This document shows positions 21,154 through 32,397 of a DNA stretch of 32,397 bases, piece after piece. The translations under genes and the position numbers were made by a program. The DNA comes from Trypethelium eluteriae (lineage: Eukaryota), in NCBI GenBank assembly GCA_051942245.1, contig JAVECL010000024.1, positions 62,001 through 94,397 of the forward strand, written 5' to 3'. Below the pieces are notes generated by a model. It worked only from the letters and a program-made list of their open reading frames with translations. It was not told the DNA's origin and did not search any database. Numbering within the stretch: position 1 is the first letter of the stretch; every line of letters starts with the position of its first letter.

Positions 21154-23866
21154 TCAGTGCAGTGCAACAGCAGAATCACTTTCGACTGACGAGGTAGGAA
21201 CGGTGACAACATGTGACCCTAGAGCTCTCCGCAGCGACTCTTGGAGCATGGCAACATTTACTCTCTGCCCACCCCGGCGAAGCAACGTCTCGATTCGGCA
21301 ACACCATGCATGAAGTCGGTCATCTGGAATGCTCTCCATGAGCACGTTTTGTGGGTCCACATCTGTGGGAGGGAAAGTCCAGGGCAATCTATCATACGTA
21401 TCACCGTGGCGTAGCCAGCGTAGCCGCTCAGGCGTAATCACGGCCGCCACATTTCTCCTCAAAGAAAGATTTTGCGTTCGTGCATCATCAGGAACACGCT
21501 CGAGCGCGAGCTGCGAAGCCCTAGTGCAATGGATTGCACGCGGTGCGATGTCCATGGCGTTTGGATCGTGAAGCCGATCGTCCAGGTATGGACTCGATGG
21601 TATCTCTGCTTGCTGCACTTGTGATGGCCGATTGGCTTCGTTGGGGATTTCCTGAAGAGCAGAGCTACACTGGCTAATCTGCCGCTGAGTCCCTTGACTT
21701 CCGCACATTGTACTCATATGAGAGTGCTCGATCGGAGTAACATTGTCGATGTCCATGAGTGGCGAGGATGACGTACGACGATCGCCTCGCGGTACCATAT
21801 ACTCTTCGATACGTTTATTTTTAGCAGGTCCTTCCAGTATCATAGCTTCATCTCCTTTCGGTACTAGGACTTTAGCCGCATCCTGTATCTGCTGATGCCA
21901 GTTTCTACCAGATTTTGGTGAACCAGCCTGTTGAGTCGATGCTCTGTTGGAGACTCGTTTGCTTCGATCGACATTGAATGAGACTGGAGAGACAAATGGT
22001 TTATTGATATTCGCTGGAGGTGCGTTTTGACGACGGGGCCTTCGCTGAGAGGGTAGGGTGATGTCGGGAATCATGCCAAGAGGAGTACCCTCCGGACACT
22101 GTGGAGGAGTATAGTTGACTGGCTGGGGTCCTCGGGTAGGTTGCGGCGAAATACGTTCGGCTTCGTCCGTTGCTGGTCGCATGGAAGAGTAAGGAAAGAT
22201 TCCCATTTGTTCCAAAGACGGTTCCGAGCCAGACGTCCTTGGAGGTGACGAAGATGCTTGTGGAGTTGGCAGGTACGGAATCTTGTCGAATGGATTTGTC
22301 GCCCTAACAGGAGCTCTGGACCTTGGCTGCGTTGATCCCGGCTGCAAGCTTCTCACATCGCTTTCGAGAGTCACGCTCTTGTTATTGGGTGTCGTTGCAT
22401 CGACTGGTTTACGGAGGGGTGCATTCATTTTCGCGATTACCCACGGGTTCGATATGGTAACATCTTGAGATTCCTGATCTTGCTCTTCATCTATTCGAGT
22501 TCCGTTTTGGTCCTGCAGTCTGCTTGCAGGAAAGTGTGGTTCATCTTCGTCATCTAGCTCAATGTCGCTATACATATTCGATCGAACACTGTCGCGTCGT
22601 CTATACGTAGGCTGAGTGTCTTCGTCAATGAGATCTTCGGGCACCATCTCCAATTCATCTGATGATATAGCTTTCATAGCTTCGGCTAAATGGTACTCCT
22701 CAGGGTTTTCTCCAGTCTTCATCTTATATGCTTCTTCGATCAATCCGGTCCAACCCTCCACCAATACTGTCTTATCCACGAACACGACGTCGTCTTTTCC
22801 AGGCTCAACATTCACGTCGTAGCTTCCAAGCGGACATGTCAAATTCAACAGCAGCACTGGGTTCTTTCCTCCCTCAACGCCCACCTTCTTCATCCTCTCT
22901 TTCCACAATCCCACCATCTTTCTCGCCGTTCCCCTCTTCTCGTTCAAAATCCTGCCATCCACGCTTACAAACTGTCCCACACCACTTATTTTCTCCCGAT
23001 CGGCATCCGCCTTTGGCAACAATGCCTTGAAGCAGTACCCTTCGTGCTCCTTCGAAAACCATTCACATATTCCCAGACATGCTCTCCCGACTACCTTCCT
23101 AGCCGCCTGCTCGACTCCATCTCCCGCTCTCGGAGCATAAACCCAATCTCCCTTCACATCGCCACTCTTCGCACCCACGCCTTTCACCTTCATCGCAAAC
23201 CTCACCTCCGGCCTCGCCAAAGCATATCCCTCCACCAACCTCCTCACCTCCCCAACCCACCTCCCTGCCTCCCTCTCCAACCCCTTCCTTCTCACCGGCC
23301 ACCCAACAAACAACCCCGAAACCAGCACACTCGTCCCCACCGGCGCACTCATCCTCTCCAGCTCGCCTATACCCCCTCCCCTCATCAACCGCATGCCCAC
23401 CGCCGTAGCTTCCCCTTCCACCCTCGTCACCACGCGCACCTCGTCCGCGACTTCAGCGATGGCCGCGAGCGCCTCGCCTCGGAACCCGAGACTCTGTCCG
23501 CCGAGAAGGCGCAGCTCGTCGAAGGAGGCGAGTTTCGAGGTGTGTGAGCGTCGGCCGAGGAGCGGGCGGGAGGAGGGCGGGATGCCGGTGCCGTTGTCGC
23601 GGAGGGTGAGGAATGGTGGACTGGAGCTCAGTATGGACGACGGTGGTGACCGGGAGGATGAGGGCGAGGAAGAAGGGAGTATAGACGAGGAAGAGGAAGT
23701 GGGAGCGGAAAGGAGCGAAGAAGGACAGAGGATGATGAGAGATGGAGGTTGCGCGGGCGTCGAGGGCGTTGTCGAGGATTTCTTTGGCGACGGCTAGCGG
23801 AGAGGAGATGAGAGTTGTCGCAAGGAGAGGGGAGGCTGTTGAAGGTGGGAGGGCGCGGATTGACAT
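21154..23866 (-). CDS. MutL-family mismatch repair protein (MLH2/PMS1-like) with a frame disruption near 23740
   Basis: GHKL motifs KEILDNALDA, RDNGTGI, HTSK, LGFRGEAL, GTSV, and DVNVEPGKDDV. No DQHA(X)2E endonuclease motif seen in the C-terminus. The first ~42 codons are in a different frame from the rest. Confidence 0.8.
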
Positions 23867-24445
23867 CTTAAGCAGCCTGCTTGAAATTCTGTGGTCGGCC
23901 CAAATGAGCTGGTCAAGGAGAGGTGCGTATGAGACGCGAACAAGTCGAAGACAAAAAGTCGTACGTAGGTAAAAAAAAAAGTGAACCGAACGCGAAGTTT
24001 TGAACGAGGAAAGAGCGCATTACCTTTTCGCGAATTCGTCGCCAAGGCACGTGAACACCATATCAGGTCCCGTCGGCTTGATTTTAGTCTCAAATACTGT
24101 CATTGTGTTGCACAAAGCTACATACACAGAAAGAGGAAAATATCGGTGGAGTTGTGAGTCGCTGACTGAAATGGTAAAACCGTATGACGAAGACCGTCAT
24201 TAAAGGAGAACCGCCATGCATTCGTGGCATCGTCCTAAGACAAGAGGCCAATTAGGAAACCCACTCATTGCTCCATCAACCCAGAGAGAGAAAAGAGGAA
24301 AAAGAAAGCCAACTCTATACATTCTCCACCCAAATTGAAGTCCATTCTCCGATGACGAACAACACCACGTTCAGTTGTCCGTGAAAGCACCATCAACTTT
24401 TTCATAACTCACCCCAGCAGCCGATCACATTCTCCATTGCTGATA

Positions 24446-27400
24446 TCATCCTTCAGCCATTTCCGTGTCATCGCCAGAGGTCAAGTTGGCATCAGCTTTC
24501 CACTGGCGGTACTCCTCATTGTACCCATCCACCTGCTCCTTGCTGAGTCCTTTCATCCACGCATTGTTCATAATGAGCTTCTCCTTCACATCCTCCACCG
24601 CCTTCTCCGCGTCGCCAGTCTCGCCATCGCCATCCTCTCCCTCGGCACGTCCTGCACCGTCAATGTCCCCGGACATGCCCTTGTTCCCACTGTTGACACC
24701 GTCAGTCTCGGTAGTAGGATGAATGACAGGCCGCCGAGCGAAGGCGTGAGGGTGATACAGCATGTCTTCAGAGTTTGGCGCGAAGAGTGGCGTGTAAGTG
24801 CGAGTGCAGATGCGCATTTCCAACTTCTCCTTGGATTTGATGTTGGTGAAGCGCTGAGAAGCCTCGGCTTGTGCAACAGTCGCTGCATTAGGGCTCTTGT
24901 CGGCGTCTTCTATCATGTTCTCACCATTGATCATGTTCGTATCAACACCATCAGAGGCATCGGGCAAATTCTTGCGTAAGACAGCGGTGTGCGTGAGGTG
25001 CACTGGCACACCTTCAGTGGGCTCGATGTTCGTGTAAGAGGAGATATAGTATGTCCAGCGGTTGGCAGCAGACATGGTGTCGATGTTGAATGTCGCGTCG
25101 TCCTTCTTGAAGATTTGTATCTGTGTACGCATCTCTACCTGGTCCTGTACGAAATCAACGTCAGCAGCGGTTCTGTGATACGAATCTTCTTCGTGCCACA
25201 ATAGATTCATGCACAGCATCGTCAGTCTCACTAGTGCGCACAGCACACAATGATTAGGACAAAATGGGTTCGGTCTGGGGGATGCGGTTGGATGATGGAA
25301 GGACAAGGTGCAGTGGTGCGGGAGAGAATAATGAAATCCAACTTACAAACTTGAATCGGTAAATGTCACCCTCCTTGCAGTACTTCTCCACTTGTTTGCG
25401 ATAGTTCAGCTCATCTTGATGAGTTGTTTGTTCATGTACACGATCCTTCTTGAAAAGTTGGATAATGTCCCAGCTCTTGTCCTTTCCATCGTTTGCCATG
25501 ATCGAGATTGCGAATCTGGTCAAAGAACTAAGGAGCTTCTCCAGCTGATGGAGCAGGTATCCGCACTGTAGATAGTAACGGCGAAGGGTTTCCTCAACTT
25601 GACTTGGTTCGATCTCTTGCTGGACTTGCTCACTCATCATGCGTAACATTTGGCTGTAGTAGTTGCAAGTAGGACCGACTTCGTAGAAGAAATTCGTGGG
25701 CAGTTTATCGATCATATTAAGATCTATCGCAGCCTTGGGTCCCATTGCGAGGTCCACTGTATGGTGAACTGCTTGCTCACTGTCTTTGAGTCGCTTTAGA
25801 CGCTCGTAAAGGGTGAAAAACATCCGGAAGAAGCATAAAATGGAGAGGTTGGCATAGAGGTGATAATTGTCGCGCTTATACGGTTCTTCAGGTCTGAGAT
25901 TCTGCATGTTGAAGTTGTTTCCGTCAACTGGATGTTCCACCCATTTCTCTGGAGCCAAGTCCTCGACGGGTTCGGTCTTTGGTGCTGGGATGTCCGGAGC
26001 ACCCGCTGGATCATCATCGGCAGCAGATACGGCTTCAGGGCTGCTGCCCCTGCTTGAAGCAGCGATACTATCTTCCTTGTCACGCCGCGCTGGTCGACCG
26101 CTGCGTCCACGTTCCAATAGGCCGCGTCTCAAGTCTTCCTTCTTTCTGTTCGTCTTACGGGATCGCGCAAGGACATCATCTGAAACAGACTGGTCTTCGT
26201 CAAGATTATCATCCGCGGCCAAAGACTCGAAACGACCTTGGATGCTTTGCTGGAATTTGCCTTGGTCGAAGCCGAAATACAGGGGCAAGAGTTCCTTGAT
26301 GAATGAAACGAGGCGGGGAACTTCGGTGGAGTGGTTGTATTCGGCGTAAGTGAGAAGAAGGCTGGAAGTGTCCAGAATGACATCGATATCATTGTGTGTA
26401 AACTCGAGTTGGAAGCTGGGAACGTTGCTGTATAGCATTTGGCGGGCACGCTGCTGTTCCTCCCACTTGACAGAGATCTCCTGCTGAAGAGTCTTCATTT
26501 GGAATTGTCGCTTATCGCCCTGTCGAGCAGCGAACCACTGATGGTCAAGACTCCTGTAGAACGACTTGCTCGTCTGTTCGCGCCAGATCTTATCCCATTC
26601 GCGCTGGATCGGATGTCAGTGGAGAGGTCAGGAAAAGATGTGGACGAAAGTGCATACCTGAGCGGCCTTCCACTCTTCAAGCTTTGCCTGGAGTCGATTG
26701 AAGAGAAGAGGTACAACTTCGCTTGGCTCCTCAGCAAGGCCACGGCAAACGACTTCTCCCTTCTCGCGGCCGTACATTTTCTTGATGACTCTCTTGTGGA
26801 TGGTCCTGCTCTGACCGCCAAGACCCTCGGGTAGTCGCATGTTCTTACGTTCTTGTTCCGTCATATTCCTAAGTTGCTGTGCGTACGGCGTAAGAAGCTG
26901 GACTGTGCGGGACAGTGCCTCGATGTTGAAGTCGTAGTCGTGTCGTTCTTCTTCGATGCGGTGAAGTGTTTCTTCGTACTGATTCTTGCGATGTGCAACA
27001 AAGCCGGAATCTTCGGAGGCCCAAGTAGGATGAGAAGCCCATTCGTCGTTAAGCACGGCATGACAGAGCTCGTCTCGTCCGCTGCAAACTTTCATCTTCT
27101 CCTGTAAGATATCCAAAAGTCTTCGGTCAGCCTTCCATACGAACTGTGGTGCATGCAGAGAACGAAATATTGGTTCAGGGCTTTCAAAACAGAATCCATC
27201 AGACGTAACGCCAATGCATCTGTCGTAAGAAGGAGACATGCGATTGGGGCGGAGAGGGTATAGAGTGGGGCGTCTTTTTTTCCGACGATCCTTCGGCTTC
27301 TCCGTAGGGACTCTCGCGATGGGGGTCTCCATGATGAGTTCTGCCCATTGTGCACTATCAAGTGCTTCGAAGCTCGCCTTTTTGACTTGTGGGAAGATGG

Positions 27401-30400
27401 CGTCAGGTTGACAACCACGCACGTTGGATTCTACAACTTTGCGTTCTTCCTCGGCGATCTCTTCAAGGCTTGATTGCAGCCTTTTGCGGGCTTCCTCATT
27501 CATGGGCGAGAGAGCGCGTTTGCGCTTTTGTCTCCCCGACACAGGCAGTTTTGCCGCAAGGACCTGAATGGATTCTGCTACCGGAGCTTTGCTCCTGGTG
27601 CTAACCATTTTGGATGACAAGTTGGAAAACTTGAGGGATGATGGAGATGGTGCAAATTTGGGGAACGATCGGAATGATGAGGCAAGGTTTTTAGAGGGAA
27701 AAGTCCATGAAGGAGGGCACCATGAGATTTTGTACTTTGGCAACTCCAAAATGACAATAGGAAGCTAGCAAACAGCAACTGAAGAGGCTGGGACAATGCG
27801 GCAGAAAAAGACAACAATAACATGAATAGAGAAATGATGCAGGACTCACCCTCTTCGGTAACAGCCTGTAACTAGGGGTCAGGCCCCTGCAGTTCGGGAG
27901 GCTGGGACGGTCGAGCATCACACGAGGCCTATTTTCCACGACAGTATCTTTATCGTCATATTTCAAGAAAGCCTTGAAGCCGTCCATGAGATCATCACTG
28001 CTCCCGATGTAGGCGTAGGCGCGATATACGAGTTCCCCCTTGGATAAAAGGTCTTGAGAGAAGAGGTTGCAGAGCTTGAGGAATTCCGACATGGTGTTTT
28101 TATTACCAATGTGCTTCTTCACTCTATCAAAAAGGCCTAATTCGTCCTGTGTTGCAGCATAAGACGTTCCTGGAGCCATTGGCTCTGGCAGAGCGGGGAC
28201 AAGTGTGGGCGAAACGTTATGCAATTCACGTTGATCGAGAAGTTTTGCGCCGTGTTGATATTTGGTACGCTTTGTAAACATCAAGTCAGCATATTTCTCA
28301 TATAACAGAGGTCTTGGCATTCCAGGAAGCAGTCCGTGATCACTACGGTAGCGAAAAAAGCGTAGTGATCGACCGGCTTAAATCAAAGAAGGCGAGAATG
28401 CGACCCACTGCCAAACTAGCGAGGAGGTTGGTAGGGAGATTGGAGTGACGCAATTCACAGCACATGTGAGTTGCGAACCCTCCAAATCACAATCGTCCGT
28501 GCCCTATGTGTCTCACCCCGATGGATCATACAGAAACTGACAATAGGACTAAAGGCGGTGAGCCTGGTTGAAACGAACGTACCTTATTGACACTGCTGGC
28601 TGCTCCCGTACCACCTCGAGCTGCAGCTGAAGGACCAGGCTCAGTTGCTACGGCCAGAGCAGAACTGCTCGCGGCAGGCGGTTGCCGCTCAGCCCCGCGC
28701 TTGCGTTTGTTGTCCTTATTCGCACTAGGTGTCGGAGCGAAGTTGCCCATCGGTGGCAATTTTGTCTGTTCCACTCGTGGTGTTTGATGCATTTGCGGGG
28801 TCTGACTCGTTCCATATATTGGTTCACGCAAGTTGCTCAGCATCGTGACATCTTCAGGCATTACACCTCCAGCGGCTTGTCGAGCTGCTTGCGCACGCGC
28901 GTGAGCAGCAGATTCAGGGAGAAATTGTTTGAAGTCTTCGAGAAGGTCGGGTGCAGAATTGAAAAGATGAGTCACTTGCGCGTAAACGTCCTGGATTGGT
29001 TTGGACTCGCGCTGGTAAGTTTGTAAAATTTCAAGGAATTGCTTGTAGATATCAGGTTGAGAAGCAAAGCGAGTCTAGGTTGCGGTAATTAGTCTAAAAT
29101 TACGATCACACATGGAAAACACAGGACGTACCTTGATCTTGTTCACGTAGCTAATCGCATGGTTGAACTCCACAGGCCCACGCTTTTCAAGCCCTGCACC
29201 TGGTGGACCATCAGGTCCAACACCATTGATATTATGAGGTTGAGGTGTCACGGCCCGTCCAGATGGAGAAAGATGTTGAACTCCTGGCCCGCCCATCGAG
29301 GCACCAGCAGCGACCGTAACAGCATTCTGCAGTTGCGATACCCCACGTTGCTCTTGCTGGTGCGCGAGGGTAGCAGAATTGGCTGCTATCTGCTGCTCAC
29401 GAGTATCTACAGGAGAGGTCTGATTCTGAGTGTGTGGCATAAACAGAGGGCCCATCATGCGACCATTTGGACTCATGCTTATTCCGCCGGGACCAGCTTC
29501 GTTCTGCTGCTGCGGCCAGCCGCCACTAGCGCCTCGGGCTCCGGCATCGTATTGTACGTCTCCTGTAACGGAGCTGGACGGAGGTACGGCTCGTGGCGAA
29601 AGCGGTCGCGGCGCCGGTAACGATGATACAGTTGTGCCCATCGGAGTAGTGACTCGAATGGAGTTCGGATCGTCGCCCATACCGCATTCAATGCGATATC
29701 CAGGAGGTAAAAAGGTATTAAACCCTTGGATCAGATTCGGATTACCGGCAAAGAGGGTCGAGACGCGTTCAATCACTCCCGGCGTATCAATTGCTCCGCT
29801 CTTGAAATCCTTCATAATGTCCAGAAACCGATTGTAGACATCCGGGCTATCTACAAACTGGACCTTGACCTGATCTAGGTAGCTAAGGGCATCATTAAGA
29901 ATTGGTTGCTGCCCTTGACCCACGCTTGCAGCCCCGGACTGGGCACCTGGGCCGGCGGCAAATGGCATGAGAGCTTGTTGTTGACTTTGCGTCATCTGCA
30001 TACGCTGTGGACCGTCCGTCTGCTGTACCGGGCCACCAGCAAAGATATTACTAGGACCGCTAGGAGCACCGAGGTTTGACGAAGTCTGAGGCACTGGCCC
30101 TGGTCCTGGACCCGGACCCGGTGCCGATCCCGGACCTGGTCCAACACTTGCGAGTAGACCATTAGGACCGTGTATGGCTGAGCGAATCTGCGGCGCGACT
30201 GCGTGGGGCTGATGCAGAGGTATCGAGCCCGCGTGAGTTTGATGCTGGGGCCCAGCCTCTTGCGGCTGTCGATCACGGGCCTCACGCTCTCGCTGTTCAT
30301 GCTCGCGTTCATCTTGATACGTCCGATCCCACTCTCGTCGTTGTTCTCTGATTTCCCGCTCGCGCTCAAACTCAGACTGTCCTTGCGAACGACCTTGTAC

Positions 30401-30922
30401 CGCCTCATTGATGTTCGGCAACACATATCCAGGACCTTGTCCTCCTTGTTGTTGCTGAGCAGAATTCTGCGGCCCTGTTGGGCCTTCGGAGGTCGGTGGA
30501 GGTGGGCGGCTAGGTATGACAGGTGATGGCTGCGTCAAGCCTTGAAGCGTGGGCAGGTTATGGCCAGATTGCTGGCCACCGGAAGAGAACATGGGAGCTG
30601 TTGTGGCTAAGTCAGCGATGCATAGACGCAGCACGCTATCCAAATGAACGTACCTGAAGGTGGTGGAAGCACTGGTCCTGGTCCTGACTGGGGTTGAGGT
30701 TGAGTACTCTGACCTGGCGGTGCCGATCTGAGCAGGTGGCAGTCGTTAGCATCGCGCAGCACCAGCAACAAAATAACGAGTAAAAATATATCTTTTGGAG
30801 TTAAGAGGGTAGTGACCAACTTACCCAAAGGATGGCATCGGCCTGGGAGCGGCCCCAGGAGGTTGCTCGGGAGTTTGATGAACTCCAGGAGGCTGCGGAG
30901 GTGGCCAACCCTCGCGGCTCAT
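24446..30922 (-). CDS. SIN3: Sin3 paired-amphipathic-helix HDAC corepressor scaffold; exons 30922-30825, 30727-30654, 30606-29132, 29074-28583, 28269-27850, 27101-26658, 26603-25347, 25144-24446 (~1652 aa)
   Basis: PAH1 [25 protein letters not shown]2 [25 protein letters not shown]3 [63 protein letters not shown]. All junctions are phase-compatible and the summed exons are 4959 nt. Confidence 0.95.
27102..27608 (-). CDS. Putative alternative first coding exon of SIN3 nested in intron 5 (169 codons, in frame with exon 6)
   Basis: The frame is stop-free from 27764 into exon 6. ATG context CCAAAATGG follows a CT-rich leader. Protein-like sequence with basic patches. Confidence 0.6.
28328..28491. 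repeat. Two inverted repeats (hairpins) in SIN3 intron 4
   Basis: GATCACTACG 28338-28347 pairs with CGTAGTGATC 28361-28370. CGCAATTCACA 28449-28459 pairs with TGTGAGTTGCG 28465-28475, plus TTGGAG 28440-28445 with CTCCAA 28480-28485. Confidence 0.8.
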
Positions 30923-31972
30923 TGTCAAGGAGAGCTGATCAAGGACCAAATATCTAGACGAGAGTACAAAGGTTTGTAAACGGTTCCTGACGCGCGAGCT
31001 TGTGTGCGTTCAACATTCGAGAAGAAGGTTGGCGAAAGGTAAGTGCTTAGTCCCAGGGCAAAGGCGATTGGTGCGCGCCAAGCTATCGCGTGGTGCAGGC
31101 GGGGATGGTCACAAGTCCGCAGCAAAGGTCGTCACGGCAGACGAAGACGAGAGTCTGCCTCATCCACAGAGTCAGCGCAGTCACGAATAGTCGGCTCTGC
31201 AGTTCGCAGGTGGGTAAGTTGTAGGTGAAGAAGCACTGAACAGGAGAGTGGTCTCCGGACCTGAAAGATCGTCTCCACAGCAGGTACGTAAGTGGTATGA
31301 TAATCCGCCCTTGTCCCGGGATGGCTAGTGTGAGCCAAGCTGCCGACCAAGGCAAACACAGGCACCACCGCGCCGGCACGCAAGGAGCCCTGCATCGGCG
31401 CCGGGACACCGGCGGTCAGATCACAATTGATTTGATTGGACAATCTTAGATAGCTATGTAAGCGAAATCTGCCAAAATCCACATGATTAAGGTACATTAG
31501 GTAGGTATCAGATGACAACAACATCGGAAAGTCAATTGGCTATCTCTGCGAGACAGAAACAAAACGCGTAATTTACAACTTCGTCTGAAGCGCGTCAAGC
31601 AACATTAGAGCCGAATAATGTTAGGATGCTAACTTAGTCACACAATTCATCGCTGAGTTTGCGCAACACGGAGCGTCTGTAGCTCACATCAGAGGTATGT
31701 TTTCCAAACACTTCAAGTGACTCATTACATGTGAATCGCGGCCGCATCCTCGTGTATGGTATGATACAATGCTTTCCCAATGGTGACAGGTAAAGTCATT
31801 CCTAAATGACATTGTGATCTAGCTACTTAGGTCCCAGGATAGAGTCTATGGTATCATCGCTTCAAACTCATGACAAATACACTCACATATCATCATGCTC
31901 ACGTATCCTCCCGTGCTTTGCATAGCACCCAATATCGCTATCTCGTTTACGAGATGCATTGCATGAAACATC

Positions 31973-32395
31973 TCAGCCCGCAGCATCCAGATCAATCAAG
32001 CCATCCCCGTCAACTCCATCAACCCCATTCGCATGCACATCCCATCCCACCGGCCCTCCATACATCATCCCCACCCCTCTGAAGCCATCAAAGAGTCTCT
32101 TCTCAAAGTTCGAATAATCCCCCATCCGTCCTTGTCCCGTCCACCTCACAACCTCCTCCCAGTTCTTCTCCACCTCCCTCTGAATTTCCTCCACGAACCC
32201 CCAATACTCCAACTGTGCTCCACTCTCGTCCTCTCTCTCTCCATCCTCCCTCCGCTGCTCCTCCTCCTCCCCATCCCCACCACTCTCTCCCTCCAATCTC
32301 AATCTCGTCGCCACCTCCTCATACCTCGCCTGCCTCTCCTCCTCCATCACCGCCACATCCCCCGGCCTTACCATCTGCCCGGGCAACTGCCCCAT
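31973..32395 (-). CDS. 3' end of an unidentified gene truncated by the window edge
   Basis: Open frame running off the window, G-ending codon bias, acidic protein-like sequence. Confidence 0.55.
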   Translation of the reverse strand: MGQLPGQMVRPGDVAVMEEERQARYEEVATRLRLEGESGGDGEEEEQRREDGEREDESGAQLEYWGFVEEIQREVEKNWEEVVRWTGQGRMGDYSNFEKRLFDGFRGVGMMYGGPVGWDVHANGVDGVDGDGLIDLDAAG

Positions 32396-32397
32396 CA

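Noticed and set aside
22690..23797. Long + strand ORFs (285 aa, 134 aa) opposite the MutL gene
   Set aside because: Antisense shadows caused by the extreme codon skew.
25220..25346. Possible stwintron in the SIN3 last intron (TAG overlapping GTGAGA)
   Set aside because: Excising the inner intron does not rebuild a GT donor, because the upstream base is T.
30090..30145. GP dipeptide repeat in SIN3
   Set aside because: Ordinary low-complexity linker in a disordered region.
1..32397. CRISPR arrays, tRNA/rRNA genes, transposons, RIP-degraded repeats
   Set aside because: No spaced direct repeats, RNA gene signatures, transposase/RT motifs or strongly AT-rich blocks seen by eye.

Overview
Gene-dense, intron-containing genomic DNA of a filamentous ascomycete (Pezizomycotina; GT-AG introns mostly 47-80 nt with CTRAY branch sites). 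I rebuilt about 14 spliced protein genes by hand: an MpaB-like oxygenase, an unknown Cys/His-module plus 2-TM protein, a ZRC1/COT1 zinc transporter, a DUF202 protein, MDE1, a ~1936-aa HeLo-like/NACHT/ankyrin NLR (three track ORFs joined by two introns), mitochondrial RRF1, a thioredoxin-fold protein, a probable orphan gene, a secreted cupin-like protein, an MLH2/PMS1-like MutL protein with a frame disruption, SIN3 (8 exons, ~1652 aa) and a truncated gene at the right edge. The most notable signal is in SIN3. Its 748-nt intron 5 holds a stop-free ORF (MVSTRS..., good start context, basic NLS-like patches) that reads in frame into the HDAC-interaction exon, which suggests a PAH-less alternative Sin3 isoform. 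Other SIN3 introns carry two long hairpins and stop-generating alternative acceptors. No rRNA, tRNA, CRISPR or transposon was recognised. All family calls come from motif recognition, not database searches.
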